Positions 1 to 8,590 of a stretch of 40,860 nucleotides of DNA are shown here, one piece after another. The stretch spans positions 1 through 40,860 of the forward strand of contig JBAZVT010000004.1 of NCBI GenBank assembly GCA_041660745.1. The letters run 5' to 3'. The DNA comes from Minisyncoccota bacterium. Lineage in GTDB: Bacteria; Patescibacteriota; Minisyncoccia; Phycocordibacterales; JBAZVT01. Every line of letters begins with the position of its first letter. Position 1 is the stretch's first letter. The position numbers and the translations under genes are program-made. Under the pieces are notes generated by a model. That model saw nothing but the letters and a program-made list of their open reading frames with translations, was not told the origin of the DNA and did not search any database.

Positions 1-58
1 AATCCTCATGTAACCAGCGTATCACATCAGAATGTTATACGTATACGGTTCCATTCAT

Positions 59-100
59 CCCCGCCCTCCCAGGGAGACAGGGGGCGGGGTTTCCTGGTAT
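59..100 (+). terminator. GC-rich hairpin with a weak T-run; possible terminator of a + strand gene lying before the window
   Basis: ccccgccc (59-66) pairs with gggcgggg (82-89), followed by tttcctggtattt. Confidence 0.3.
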
Positions 101-102
101 TT

Positions 103-139
103 AAAAATCGCGAGGTCGGCTTGAAGCCAACTTCGCGAT
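103..139 (-). terminator. Rho-independent terminator of the small ORF 176-466
   Basis: atcgcgaggt (107-116) pairs with acttcgcgat (130-139) with one G.T, plus an inner ggc/gcc. On the - strand the stem is followed by ttttt (complement of 103-107). Confidence 0.6.
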
Positions 140-175
140 TATGAAACCGAAATTTCCAGTCTTTAAACCAGACAC

Positions 176-466
176 CTACCGCACAAGGACAGCGGCGCCA
201 TTGCATGGAGTCCTTTCTACAGCAAACTCTTCGTCCACAATCACTTGCACTACAAGTCTAACCGGCCTGCCCACAGGATCCAGATTCGCTGTGTAGCCCT
301 GGAACTTCCTAGGATCTGCTGGATCTCCAAGAAACCAGGACACTTCTTCCATCCCGGGAATTGAAGCCAGAAGTTTCGGATCAATCACACCGACGTGAAT
401 TCGCATAGCAGTCTCTATCCGAACAGACCTCGGACGTTTCGGAACGCGTTTTTGACAATTTTTCAT
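176..466 (-). CDS. Hypothetical small protein (96 aa), G+C-rich, no family recognised
   Basis: Start trimmed to the ATG at 466 (MKNCQKRVPK...), preceded by AAGGAGG (471-477). Has its own promoter and terminator. Confidence 0.45.
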   Translation of the reverse strand: MKNCQKRVPKRPRSVRIETAMRIHVGVIDPKLLASIPGMEEVSWFLGDPADPRKFQGYTANLDPVGRPVRLVVQVIVDEEFAVERTPCNGAAVLVR

Positions 467-488
467 GTTGCCTCCTTTTCTGAAAGGG

Positions 489-517
489 ATTTTAGAATAA
501 AAAAATAGAAAAGTCAA
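489..517 (-). promoter_or_regulatory. Sigma70-like promoter for ORF 176-466
   Basis: On the - strand TTGACT (512-517), 17 nt, TAAAAT (489-494). This leaves about 16 nt of leader containing the SD. Confidence 0.5.
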
Positions 518-518
518 G

Positions 519-571
519 AAAAAAAGCAAAAAAAGACTGTGTAGGTATCTGAAAATACCTCACAAAGTCTT
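519..571 (-). terminator. Rho-independent terminator downstream of ORF 592-816
   Basis: aagactgtg/aggtat (533-548) pairs with atacct/cacaaagtctt (555-571). On the - strand it is followed by a long T-run (complement of 519-532). Confidence 0.6.
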
Positions 572-591
572 CGGTTCACAATACACAACAA

Positions 592-816
592 TCAAACCAC
601 GCTCACGCAACACCTGATCCTGATACGCGGACCGACGCACTCCTCCCTTGCGTTAAGTCCCTGCCAGATAGTTTCTCCACACCCCCTATCATCAAAGCGG
701 AATGAGACAGCTTCGGACCAGCGAATATTCTTTCCGACAGGTAGCTTGTCTCTGCCACCAATCTCATCCGCGAATATTGACGCATCGATCGATTGTCCAA
801 GACGAGCACCCAGCAT
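592..816 (-). CDS. Hypothetical small protein (74 aa); coding status uncertain
   Basis: ATG at 816 lies 6 nt after GAGAGAGGAG, and a terminator sits 20 nt after the stop. No recognisable family. The overlapping frame 603-821 starts at a TTG too close to the SD. Confidence 0.3.
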   Translation of the reverse strand: MLGARLGQSIDASIFADEIGGRDKLPVGKNIRWSEAVSFRFDDRGCGETIWQGLNAREECVGPRIRIRCCVSVV

Positions 817-894
817 AACAAGCTCCTCTCTCTAGTTAATTGCTCTGATGGTTTTTACGACACGATTCTTAATTTACATTAATCCTTTCCCAAC

Positions 895-933
895 AAAAAG
901 CAAGCGGGTGCCAATGGCACCCGCTTGCTTTTT
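895..933 (-). terminator. Terminator after pth (A/T-flanked, so potentially bidirectional)
   Basis: 13-bp stem gcaagcgggtgcc (900-912) with ggcacccgcttgc (916-928), flanked by A5 and T5. Confidence 0.7.
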
Positions 934-937
934 GTTC

Positions 938-1531
938 TTAATTCGTATTCGCCACCGCAGTCGCACGTTCTCGTCCGTCAGCACACAATGTTTCCAAAAC
1001 TTCTGTGATTTTCTTACCAACTTTCTTTTTCATGATATCCAATTCCGGAGTTTTAAATTTCCCGATAATAAAATCAATGACTTTCTCCCCTGTCGGTTTT
1101 TTCAACTTTCCGCCCGGTGTTGTTGGGGACACCCCCACCTTGATACGTAGAAACCCTTCTGTTTTTGCAGCTCTCATGATTGATTCCACACCCTTGTGTC
1201 CGCCTGATCCGCGATTAAAAACCATTTTGATTGTCCCTATTGGCAAGTCTAAATCGTCATGAACAACAACAAGTGTCTCCGCCTTTTTTGCGCTTGTCAC
1301 GAGAGGCTTTACAGCCTCACCTGATTTATTCATAAATGTTTCTGGCAGAAGCACCACGACAGATTCTTTGCCCACTTTCCCTTTGGCCATAAGTGACTTT
1401 GTCTGTTTGTTCGGTTCCAACACCAAATCATACTCTTTTATAAAACTAGCAAGCGCAATACGCCCTGTGTTGTGTCGTGTGTTTTCGTATTCCTCTCCCG
1501 GGTTTCCCAATCCAACAATAATGTATGACAT
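938..1531 (-). CDS. pth: Peptidyl-tRNA hydrolase
   Basis: Start trimmed to MSYIIVGLGNPGEEYENTRHNTG (ATG at 1531), which is the canonical Pth N-terminal signature GLGNPG..Y..TRHN.G. Length 197 aa. Confidence 0.93.
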   Translation of the reverse strand: MSYIIVGLGNPGEEYENTRHNTGRIALASFIKEYDLVLEPNKQTKSLMAKGKVGKESVVVLLPETFMNKSGEAVKPLVTSAKKAETLVVVHDDLDLPIGTIKMVFNRGSGGHKGVESIMRAAKTEGFLRIKVGVSPTTPGGKLKKPTGEKVIDFIIGKFKTPELDIMKKKVGKKITEVLETLCADGRERATAVANTN

Positions 1532-1730
1532 GAGTAGTTTTTTAAATTGCGGTTTAACACATACATAATAAAGGGTATTAGAATTAGGAGCAAGCCTTAA
1601 TTTAATTCTCAGAAAGAACAAAAAGGCGATGAAACACTTTTTCTCCTTGTGTCAAATAGGCCTTTGTAATACAATTCAGTGCATCTAAAGCCCATTCCAC
1701 GTCTAATCACTTAAAAAAATTATCTACACC

Positions 1731-2315
1731 ATGGACACACAACCATTAGAATTTAAAAAAGAGCACGTTGTCTGGGAAACAATAAAATTCATTATTATTG
1801 CGCTTGTTATTGTCATACCAATCCGTATGTACGTCGCTCAACCTTTTATTGTGAGCGGGCAATCCATGGAACCAACCTTTGATGACAGACAATATTTGAT
1901 CGTAGACCAGCTCACCTACCACTTCCAAAATCCCCAGCGTGGTGATGTTGTTATATTTAAGTACCCCAACGACACAACAAAATATTTTATTAAACGAGTC
2001 ATCGGATTACCCGGTGAAAAAGTGGAGGTTCGCGCGGGCCACGTAACAATCTTTAACACAGAAAACCCTACTGGAGAACTTCTTGTTGAACCCTATGTCG
2101 GAACAACACTCAATGATGCAGATCGAATAACAACACTTGGAGCTGATGAATACTTTGTTATGGGAGACAATAGAAGTAATAGTTCTGATTCACGGGTCTG
2201 GGGACCTCTCAAACAAAAATTTCTTGTTGGCAGACCAATCCTTCGCCTCCTTCCTCTGAATACAATATCCGTATTCCCAGGAAAAGAAGTACCTCAAGAA
2301 AACAAAGTAAACTAA
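1731..2315 (+). CDS. lepB: Signal peptidase I
   Basis: N-terminal TM segment, catalytic-Ser box SGQSMEPTF, KRVIGLPGE, GDNRSNSSDSR box. Confidence 0.9.
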   Translation: MDTQPLEFKKEHVVWETIKFIIIALVIVIPIRMYVAQPFIVSGQSMEPTFDDRQYLIVDQLTYHFQNPQRGDVVIFKYPNDTTKYFIKRVIGLPGEKVEVRAGHVTIFNTENPTGELLVEPYVGTTLNDADRITTLGADEYFVMGDNRSNSSDSRVWGPLKQKFLVGRPILRLLPLNTISVFPGKEVPQENKVN

Positions 2316-2382
2316 TCCGCATATCAACTTAATATAGGAAGCCTGTTTAAAATCTAACCGCAATATTTAATAAGTTTAGAGT

Positions 2383-3594
2383 ATGCACAACCACACCACC
2401 ACAAAAAAAGATCCTGAAACAATTCTGGAAACAAATATTGAACATTTCAAAGGTCTTGAACGCGCGTTGGATATGGCCGAATATTACGGGTTCATTGGCA
2501 TCAAAACACCTCCAATAGAAAAAGCTGATATCGCTGTGGCAAAAGGGTTCCATGGGGAAATAAACACAGGGAGCGATTTCGAAAAGCATGCGATTCGTCT
2601 TGATTTGGATCAGCGAGCAGCTCTCTTACGTATGTATACTGAACATCACAACATACTTGGTCAACCAGCGATGGTTTTTTACAAAACAGTAGGTGCCAAG
2701 AAACCTTCCTTTAATCTTGATATTATTGGCAACTCAAAAAGTATTTCTGAAGCGCTTATCATAAAAACAATCCTTGCAATTGCAGAAGAGGAAGGTTATA
2801 AACATCTTTCGGTTCGCATCAATAGTACGGGTGACCGTGACTCCTTCTCACGATTTGAACGTGAGGTGGCCCACTACTTCAAACAACATTTAAACAAGCT
2901 CCCCGCCGCACACAGGCAAGTTTTCAAGAAAAATCCACTCGGACTCTTGGAATGCACCGACGACGTATGCTTGAGCGTCAATGCTGAAGCACCTCAAATG
3001 ATGTGTTTTCTTTCAGAGCCAAGTCGTATCCACTTCAAAGAAACTTTAGAATATTTAGAAACACTAGATATTGAATATACAATCAGCAACACTCTTCTCG
3101 GCAATGCAAGCTTCGCTTCACAAACTGTATTTGAAGTATATGGAAGCCCAACAGACAACACGAAGGACTCCCAGTTGATTGCAGTCGGAACACGATACAA
3201 CACACTTGCAAAAAAAGTTGGTTTAAAAAAGGAGTGTTATGCAGTAGGTGCAACAATTGTATTAGACAAATCCCCCAAGTGTGCAAAAAAACACGTCTAT
3301 AAAACAAAGAAACCCCAATTCTTTTTCATCCAATTCAGCACAGATGCAAAATTAAAAAGTCTCATGGTAATTGACACCCTGCGATGTGCGCGTATTCCTG
3401 TTGAGCACGCTATTACAAAAGACAAACTTGGTGCCCAGATGGCTGAAGCAGAAAGCATTAAAACTTCCCATATTCTGATCATGGGCCAGAAAGAAGCTTT
3501 AGAAAATTCCGTCGTTGTTAGAGACGTTATCACCCGCTCCCAAGAAAGTATTGATATGAAAGAGTTGGGTGGGTACCTGAAGAAGTTGATGTAA
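2383..3594 (+). CDS. hisS: Histidyl-tRNA synthetase family protein, strongly divergent (class II motifs 2 and 3 and the His-binding loop are degenerate)
   Basis: Colinear with HisRS: INSTGD ~ NSIG, NPLGLLE ~ NPLRVLD, VGTRYNTL ~ GGGRYDGL, and a C-terminal anticodon-binding-like domain (HILIMGQKEALENSVVVRD). However FRYERPQ/RYRQF and RGLDYY are missing. Confidence 0.7.
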   Translation: MHNHTTTKKDPETILETNIEHFKGLERALDMAEYYGFIGIKTPPIEKADIAVAKGFHGEINTGSDFEKHAIRLDLDQRAALLRMYTEHHNILGQPAMVFYKTVGAKKPSFNLDIIGNSKSISEALIIKTILAIAEEEGYKHLSVRINSTGDRDSFSRFEREVAHYFKQHLNKLPAAHRQVFKKNPLGLLECTDDVCLSVNAEAPQMMCFLSEPSRIHFKETLEYLETLDIEYTISNTLLGNASFASQTVFEVYGSPTDNTKDSQLIAVGTRYNTLAKKVGLKKECYAVGATIVLDKSPKCAKKHVYKTKKPQFFFIQFSTDAKLKSLMVIDTLRCARIPVEHAITKDKLGAQMAEAESIKTSHILIMGQKEALENSVVVRDVITRSQESIDMKELGGYLKKLM

Positions 3595-3600
3595 AAATAC

Positions 3601-3634
3601 AAAAAACTACACATTTAAAATGTGTAGTTTTTTG
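3601..3634 (+). terminator. Terminator after the HisRS-like gene
   Basis: aaaaaa-ctacaca ... tgtgtag-tttttt palindrome. Confidence 0.65.
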
Positions 3635-3660
3635 TATTGATATATTGAGCATTACAGGGC

Positions 3661-3689
3661 TTGCTTACTCTATTTTCCTATGCTAATAT
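3661..3689 (+). promoter_or_regulatory. Promoter of rpsU, probably giving a leaderless or near-leaderless mRNA
   Basis: TTGCTT (3661-3666), 17 nt, TAATAT (3684-3689) preceded by TGC. The ATG at 3698 is only 8 nt after the -10 and has no SD. Confidence 0.45.
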
Positions 3690-3697
3690 ATCCCGAT

Positions 3698-3943
3698 ATG
3701 ATAAACGTACATGTAGAAAGAAACGGGACAGAAAACAACATGAGTCTTCTTAAGAGATTTACCAAGAAGGTTCAGGGTTCTGGTGTATTGCCAAAAGTCC
3801 GATCACTTCGCTATAGTCTTCGCAAACAATCAAAGCGTTCAAACAAGGTTATGGCCATGATGAAACTTCATCGCAAGGACGAAGTGGAAATGCTTATGAA
3901 AATGGGTAAAATGCCTGAGAAAAAAGCGGGATATAGTAGATAA
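3698..3943 (+). CDS. rpsU: 30S ribosomal protein S21
   Basis: Start trimmed to MINVHVERNG..LLKRFTKKVQGSGVL..R...Y.......KRS, which fits the S21 pattern (V.V..N....ALRRFKR...K.G.L). Basic C-terminal tail. Confidence 0.75.
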   Translation: MINVHVERNGTENNMSLLKRFTKKVQGSGVLPKVRSLRYSLRKQSKRSNKVMAMMKLHRKDEVEMLMKMGKMPEKKAGYSR

Positions 3944-3947
3944 GATA

Positions 3948-4340
3948 ATGACAGTAGGACAGGAAAATATATCAATTACAAATACTACAAAAGGCAAGCT
4001 TCCACGCTTGCCTTTTGTGGAGTACAAAAATAAAATTCTTGGTAAAAAATATGAACTCGGAATTATTTTTGCATCCTCAACGCTCTCTCACAAACTCAAT
4101 TTGGAATATCGCAAAAAAGATAAACCGACAAACATTCTCAGTTTCCCACTTTCCAAAACAGAAGGGGAAATTTACATCTGCCCCGCTGTCGCACGCACCG
4201 AAGCGAAGAAATTTGGACGCACCTATGAAAAATTTGTCGGCCTATTAGTTATCCACGGTTTACTGCATTTGAAAGGATTCACACATGGTAGTACAATGGA
4301 GAGCGAAGAAGCGCGGTATAGGAAAATATTTGACATCTAA
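3948..4340 (+). CDS. ybeY: Endoribonuclease YbeY (rRNA maturation factor)
   Basis: NILSFP and the zinc motif HGLLHLKGFTHG (H..LHL.G.DH). Confidence 0.88.
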   Translation: MTVGQENISITNTTKGKLPRLPFVEYKNKILGKKYELGIIFASSTLSHKLNLEYRKKDKPTNILSFPLSKTEGEIYICPAVARTEAKKFGRTYEKFVGLLVIHGLLHLKGFTHGSTMESEEARYRKIFDI

Positions 4341-4425
4341 CATTTCCATTTTTTGAAATCCTGTTTTTGTGTAATTATATTCTAAACAGGATTGATAATT
4401 TTGCCACGCTTTTCAAATTCTTTTT

Positions 4426-5598
4426 ATGGCACGAAATATCGCCGTTGGCATTGATATCGGAACATACCAAGTAAAAACAGTTATCGCTGAAGGAGTCAGG
4501 GATAATGGTATTTTTGCAGCCCATATTTTGGGAACAGGTATTGCTGAATCTCGCGGTATGCGTCACGGCTGTATTATCAATCAATCCGATATTGTTCAAA
4601 GTATAGCATCCTCCATTGCACAAGCCTCTAAAACAGCAGATATGCGCGTTCGAAGTGCTTACATTTCCATTGGAGGTCTCGGACTTGGTGGAATCATTTC
4701 TCAAGGCTCAACGATTATCACGCGTGCAGATTCAGAAATTAGTGCCTTGGATGTTGAGAAAGCGATAGAAATCTGTGAAAGCGAAATCCCCCAGAATCTT
4801 TCCGTCAATAAAAAAATAATTCATAACATCCCCCTTCAATACAAGATTGATGGCAAAGCAGTGCTTGGTCAACCAGTCGGTATGAAAGGTATGAAACTCG
4901 AAGTTCGATGCCTATTCATCACCTGCATAGAACGTCACCTCTCAGATATTATTGATGCAGTAGAACAAGCAGGTATCGAAGTATTGGATGTTATGGCATC
5001 ACCACTCGCTGCAGGGCTTGTTACACTTTCCAAAACACAAAAAATTGCCGGATGTGTACTTGCCAATATCGGCGCAGAAACAGTTTCTATCGTTGTCTAT
5101 GAAAACAATATTCCCATATCACTTGAAGTATTCCCTATCGGTTCTACAGATATCACAAATGACATTGCTCTTGGTCTTAAAATTTCTCTGGAAGAAGCAG
5201 AAAGTATCAAACTTGGCGGACAGACAACGGTCCAATTCCCACGCAGAAAACTTGAAGAAATTGTTGAGGCTCGCCTTTCAGATATGTTTGAACTGATTGA
5301 AGCACATTTAAAAAAGATTGGCCGCAATGGTTTGTTACCCGCAGGTATTGTCATCACGGGTGGCGGTTCTGGTATTGGCAGTCTTACTGAATTAGCAAAA
5401 GAGACACTCAAGCTCCCTTCGCGCCTCGGCACACTATATTCTCCACAGGAACTTAAAGGTATCAAGGATTCAACATGGTCTGTTGCATACGGCCTCTGTA
5501 TCTTTGGTTTCAGTTCTGATTCTGACAGACCCATCTCTCAAAACTTTTCTCGTTTTATTAAAAAATCCCTCGGTTGGTTTAAGCAGTTTTTACCCTAA
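4426..5598 (+). CDS. ftsA: Cell division protein FtsA (actin-like ATPase)
   Basis: GIDIGTYQVKTVIAE phosphate-1 motif, VITGGGSGIGSL adenosine motif, position directly upstream of ftsZ. Confidence 0.9.
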   Translation: MARNIAVGIDIGTYQVKTVIAEGVRDNGIFAAHILGTGIAESRGMRHGCIINQSDIVQSIASSIAQASKTADMRVRSAYISIGGLGLGGIISQGSTIITRADSEISALDVEKAIEICESEIPQNLSVNKKIIHNIPLQYKIDGKAVLGQPVGMKGMKLEVRCLFITCIERHLSDIIDAVEQAGIEVLDVMASPLAAGLVTLSKTQKIAGCVLANIGAETVSIVVYENNIPISLEVFPIGSTDITNDIALGLKISLEEAESIKLGGQTTVQFPRRKLEEIVEARLSDMFELIEAHLKKIGRNGLLPAGIVITGGGSGIGSLTELAKETLKLPSRLGTLYSPQELKGIKDSTWSVAYGLCIFGFSSDSDRPISQNFSRFIKKSLGWFKQFLP

Positions 5599-5616
5599 AA
5601 TTTTCATTCAAAAAAG

Positions 5617-5648
5617 AAAAGCCGCGCCCTCTGGGCGCGGCTTTTTGA
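5617..5648 (+). terminator. Terminator after ftsA
   Basis: gccgcgcc (5621-5628) pairs with ggcgcggc (5635-5642), followed by ttttt. Confidence 0.8.
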
Positions 5649-5694
5649 ACACACAACAGTCCCTATCGCAAGGTGTTTCATTTTATACCCCATT

Positions 5695-5703
5695 TGCTAT
5701 AAT
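5695..5703 (+). promoter_or_regulatory. Extended -10 element TGCTATAAT upstream of ftsZ
   Basis: tgctataat at 5695-5703, about 80 nt before the ftsZ ATG. The same 9-mer recurs in front of gyrB and the NDK-like gene. Confidence 0.4.
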
Positions 5704-5785
5704 ACCCTACATTACTCAAGCAGTCCGTGTGCAATCTTCATAAACGGTTTTCTGCTAAAAATTTATTAATCTAGAGCGCTGTATT

Positions 5786-6979
5786 ATGCCCCAAATCAAA
5801 CCAGAAGTAGAAGCATTCGCACGCATTAAAGTCATTGGTGCTGGAGGTTCCGGAAAGAATGCGATAAACCACATGATTAATTCCAAAGTAAAAGGGATTG
5901 ATTTTATCGCAGTTAATACAGACGCCCAAGATTTGCACCACTCTCTTGCAAAGCGTAAAGTCCACATCGGCAAAAACCTCACTCGAGGACTTGGCACAGG
6001 TATGAATCCTGAACTTGGCAAACGTGCAGTTGAAGAAACAAAGGAAGAAGTTCAGGAAGCAATAAAAGGTGCTGATATGGTTTTCATTGCCTGTGGTCTC
6101 GGTGGCGGAACTGGCTCTGGCGCAAGTCCTGCAATCGCCCGTATCGCAAAAGAGCTCGGCGCTCTCACGGTGGCAGTTGTAACAAAACCATTTTTCTTTG
6201 AAGGTATGCAGCGTGTCCGTGTCGCAGAGCAAGCACTTGAAGAACTTCGCAAAGAAGTTGATGCTATTATTGTTGTTCCAAACGACAGACTCTTGAGCAA
6301 CATCACTAAAGAAACTACTGCAAAGGCAGCTTTCGCAATGTGTGACGACATCCTCAAACAAGCTGTGGAAGGTATTTCTGACCTTATCACTACCCCAGGT
6401 ATCATTAACATAGACTTTGCTGACATTAGAGCTGTCATGGCAAATGCCGGTTCAGCACTCATGGGTATTGGTTCCGCATCAGGCGAAAAACGTGCCGAAG
6501 AAGCAGCAAAAGCCGCAATTAACTCACCCCTACTTGAACTTTCTATTCATGGAGCAAAAGGTGTTCTGTTTTCAATCGCCGGCGGTGAAGATGTTACTAT
6601 GTTTGAAATCCAGGATGCAGCAAAAATCATCACCGAATCTATTGATCCAAATGCAAAGGTTATCTTTGGTACTGTCTATGATGACAAACTAAAAAAGAAC
6701 GAAATAAAGATCACAGTGATTGCTTCGGGTTTCCCAGAAATAGCCCAAAAGAAAAGCCTCTTCCATACCGAAGAATCAAAACAAATAAATCAGGATCAGC
6801 AGAAAGGTAAGATTTTTAATTCAGTACCAACCCAACAGAAAGAAGTGAAAGTCGAGGAAAAGAAATCAGAACCAGTTTTCACCCAACAGCCCGTCCGACA
6901 AGCTCCTCCTGTCATAGAAGATGAAAGTGATGATTGGAGTGCGGTACCCGCATTCTTGCGACGATCTAAATTGAAATAG
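5786..6979 (+). CDS. ftsZ: Cell division GTPase FtsZ
   Basis: GAGGSGKNAINHM, tubulin signature GLGGGTGSGASPAIA, NDRLL, conserved C-terminal peptide DDWSAVPAFLRR. Confidence 0.97.
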   Translation: MPQIKPEVEAFARIKVIGAGGSGKNAINHMINSKVKGIDFIAVNTDAQDLHHSLAKRKVHIGKNLTRGLGTGMNPELGKRAVEETKEEVQEAIKGADMVFIACGLGGGTGSGASPAIARIAKELGALTVAVVTKPFFFEGMQRVRVAEQALEELRKEVDAIIVVPNDRLLSNITKETTAKAAFAMCDDILKQAVEGISDLITTPGIINIDFADIRAVMANAGSALMGIGSASGEKRAEEAAKAAINSPLLELSIHGAKGVLFSIAGGEDVTMFEIQDAAKIITESIDPNAKVIFGTVYDDKLKKNEIKITVIASGFPEIAQKKSLFHTEESKQINQDQQKGKIFNSVPTQQKEVKVEEKKSEPVFTQQPVRQAPPVIEDESDDWSAVPAFLRRSKLK

Positions 6980-6985
6980 AAAGCT

Positions 6986-7015
6986 AACGGGCGCGAAAGT
7001 CGCGCCCGTTCTTTC
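6986..7015 (+). terminator. Terminator after ftsZ
   Basis: aacgggcgcg (6986-6995) pairs with cgcgcccgtt (7001-7010), followed by ctttc. Confidence 0.75.
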
Positions 7016-7051
7016 AAAATTATAATTTTTCTTAATCTTATATCCTGAATC

Positions 7052-7993
7052 ATGAATCTAGAATCTATTCAGTATGACTTGGCAATTATTGGTGGCGGTC
7101 CCGGCGGAGTCTCTGGTGGTATTTATGCTGCGCGCAAACGCCTAAAAACAGTTTTTATAACCGAGAGTTGGGGTGGTCAAAGCACTGTATCCGATGAAAT
7201 ACAAAACTGGGTTGGAACAATTGCAATATCTGGTCAAAAACTTGCCGACGACCTTAAAGCACATTTAAAGCATTACGCAGGTGAATCACTTTCTATACAA
7301 GACAATACCCGTGTTAAATCTGTTGAAAAAATTGAAGGCGGATTTTCTATACAAACAAACAAAAATACTTTTACAGCAAAAACAATCCTTATTACAACAG
7401 GAAGTCATCGTCGAAAATTAGACATCCTTGGTGCAAAGGAATTTGAGAACCGTGGTATCACCTATTGTGCTACCTGCGACGCTCCACTCTTCGGTGACAT
7501 GGACGTTGTGGTCATTGGTGGAGGCAATGCAGCCTTTGAATCAGCTATCCAGCTCACCGCATACGCAAAAAGCGTGACGCTTCTCAATCGCGGCGAAGAT
7601 TTCCGTGCTGATTCAGTAACGGTTGAAAAAGCCCTAAAAAATCCACGCTTCCGGGCAATACTGAACGCAGTACCAAAAGAAATAAAGGGTGAAAAATTTG
7701 TTTCTTCAATTATATATACCAACAAAGAAACTGATCAAGATATAGAACTTCCCGTCAGTGGTGTCTTTGTGGAAATTGGACTATTACCAAGTACAGATGC
7801 TTTTGAAAAAATAGTTGAACTAAATCAGTTTAAACAAATCATAACTGATCCCCGCACCCAACAAACAAAAACTCAGGGAATCTGGGCAGCTGGGGATTGT
7901 ACGGACGGCTACTACCACCAAAATAATATTGCAGCTGGGGACGCCGTAAAAGCTCTGGAAGACATCTATATTTATCTTCATAAGAATTCATAA
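7052..7993 (+). CDS. trxB: Thioredoxin reductase-like FAD/NAD(P) pyridine nucleotide-disulfide oxidoreductase
   Basis: DLAIIGGGPGG FAD fold, redox CATCD, VVVIGGGNAAFE NAD(P) fold, GIWAAGDC. Confidence 0.85.
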   Translation: MNLESIQYDLAIIGGGPGGVSGGIYAARKRLKTVFITESWGGQSTVSDEIQNWVGTIAISGQKLADDLKAHLKHYAGESLSIQDNTRVKSVEKIEGGFSIQTNKNTFTAKTILITTGSHRRKLDILGAKEFENRGITYCATCDAPLFGDMDVVVIGGGNAAFESAIQLTAYAKSVTLLNRGEDFRADSVTVEKALKNPRFRAILNAVPKEIKGEKFVSSIIYTNKETDQDIELPVSGVFVEIGLLPSTDAFEKIVELNQFKQIITDPRTQQTKTQGIWAAGDCTDGYYHQNNIAAGDAVKALEDIYIYLHKNS

Positions 7994-8010
7994 AATCTCT
8001 CTGATTGTAA

Positions 8011-8046
8011 AAAAGACTCTCTATTTTATAGAGAGTCTTTTTTTGT
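8011..8046. terminator. Bidirectional terminator between convergent trxB and the membrane-protein gene
   Basis: aaaagactctct ... agagagtctttt perfect palindrome flanked by A and T runs. Confidence 0.75.
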
Positions 8047-8053
8047 ATTACAT

Positions 8054-8590
8054 CTACGCCACGAGCGCAATAATATAGAGACCGACGAAATCAAGAACAA
8101 AAAGAAGGGTCGCAATATTTTTTCTTTTTAGACGAGACACCCCCATCAAAGCGATTCCAAGCTCGTCTGGAAATGGAGACATAATAACGAGTGCTCCAAA
8201 AATTCTCGTAAAAAATCTCACTATGGGTATCTTGAAAAGGCGAATTATTTTTGATTGACCTATTTTTTTTAAACCAATAATTAAATATTTGCCAATTTCA
8301 TCTTTTATAATGCTCAAAATAACCATATCACCGACAAGAGAACCGACGGTTGCAGCAAGAACAACATCAAAGGTGCTTCCCACTGAAAAGATCTTCAAGA
8401 GAATCACCAGGGCTGGAGTTGCTGTAAAAATAGACACAAAAAACATTCCTGCAAAAAATGCAGTGACGAGTCGCATACCCTCTGTGTATTGAAATATTAC
8501 ATTAAGCGCATCTGTCTGAACCAAAAGTACAGATATCATAATACTCAAACCAACAAGAGCAATATCTCTCAAAAAACCTAAATGCTTCAT
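8054..8590 (-). CDS. Multi-pass membrane protein, function unknown
   Basis: 178 aa, several hydrophobic segments. Its start overlaps the stop of the upstream transporter gene (ATGA at 8587-8590). Confidence 0.6.
   Translation of the reverse strand: MKHLGFLRDIALVGLSIMISVLLVQTDALNVIFQYTEGMRLVTAFFAGMFFVSIFTATPALVILLKIFSVGSTFDVVLAATVGSLVGDMVILSIIKDEIGKYLIIGLKKIGQSKIIRLFKIPIVRFFTRIFGALVIMSPFPDELGIALMGVSRLKRKNIATLLFVLDFVGLYIIALVA

Noticed and set aside
1-830. Diversity-generating retroelement or retron (G+C-rich small ORFs plus structured non-coding DNA)
   Set aside because: No reverse transcriptase ORF occurs anywhere in the window, and I could find no template/variable repeat pair by eye.
848-1568. 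ORFs on the + strand opposite pth (848-1150, 1005-1262, 1368-1568)
   Set aside because: They are antisense to the well-supported pth frame, with no signals or homology.
5771-6462. Long antisense ORFs inside ftsZ (5771-6361 and 6052-6462, - strand)
   Set aside because: They lie opposite a strongly supported ftsZ frame, have no family resemblance, and their Cys/Ser-rich compositions are typical of antisense frames.
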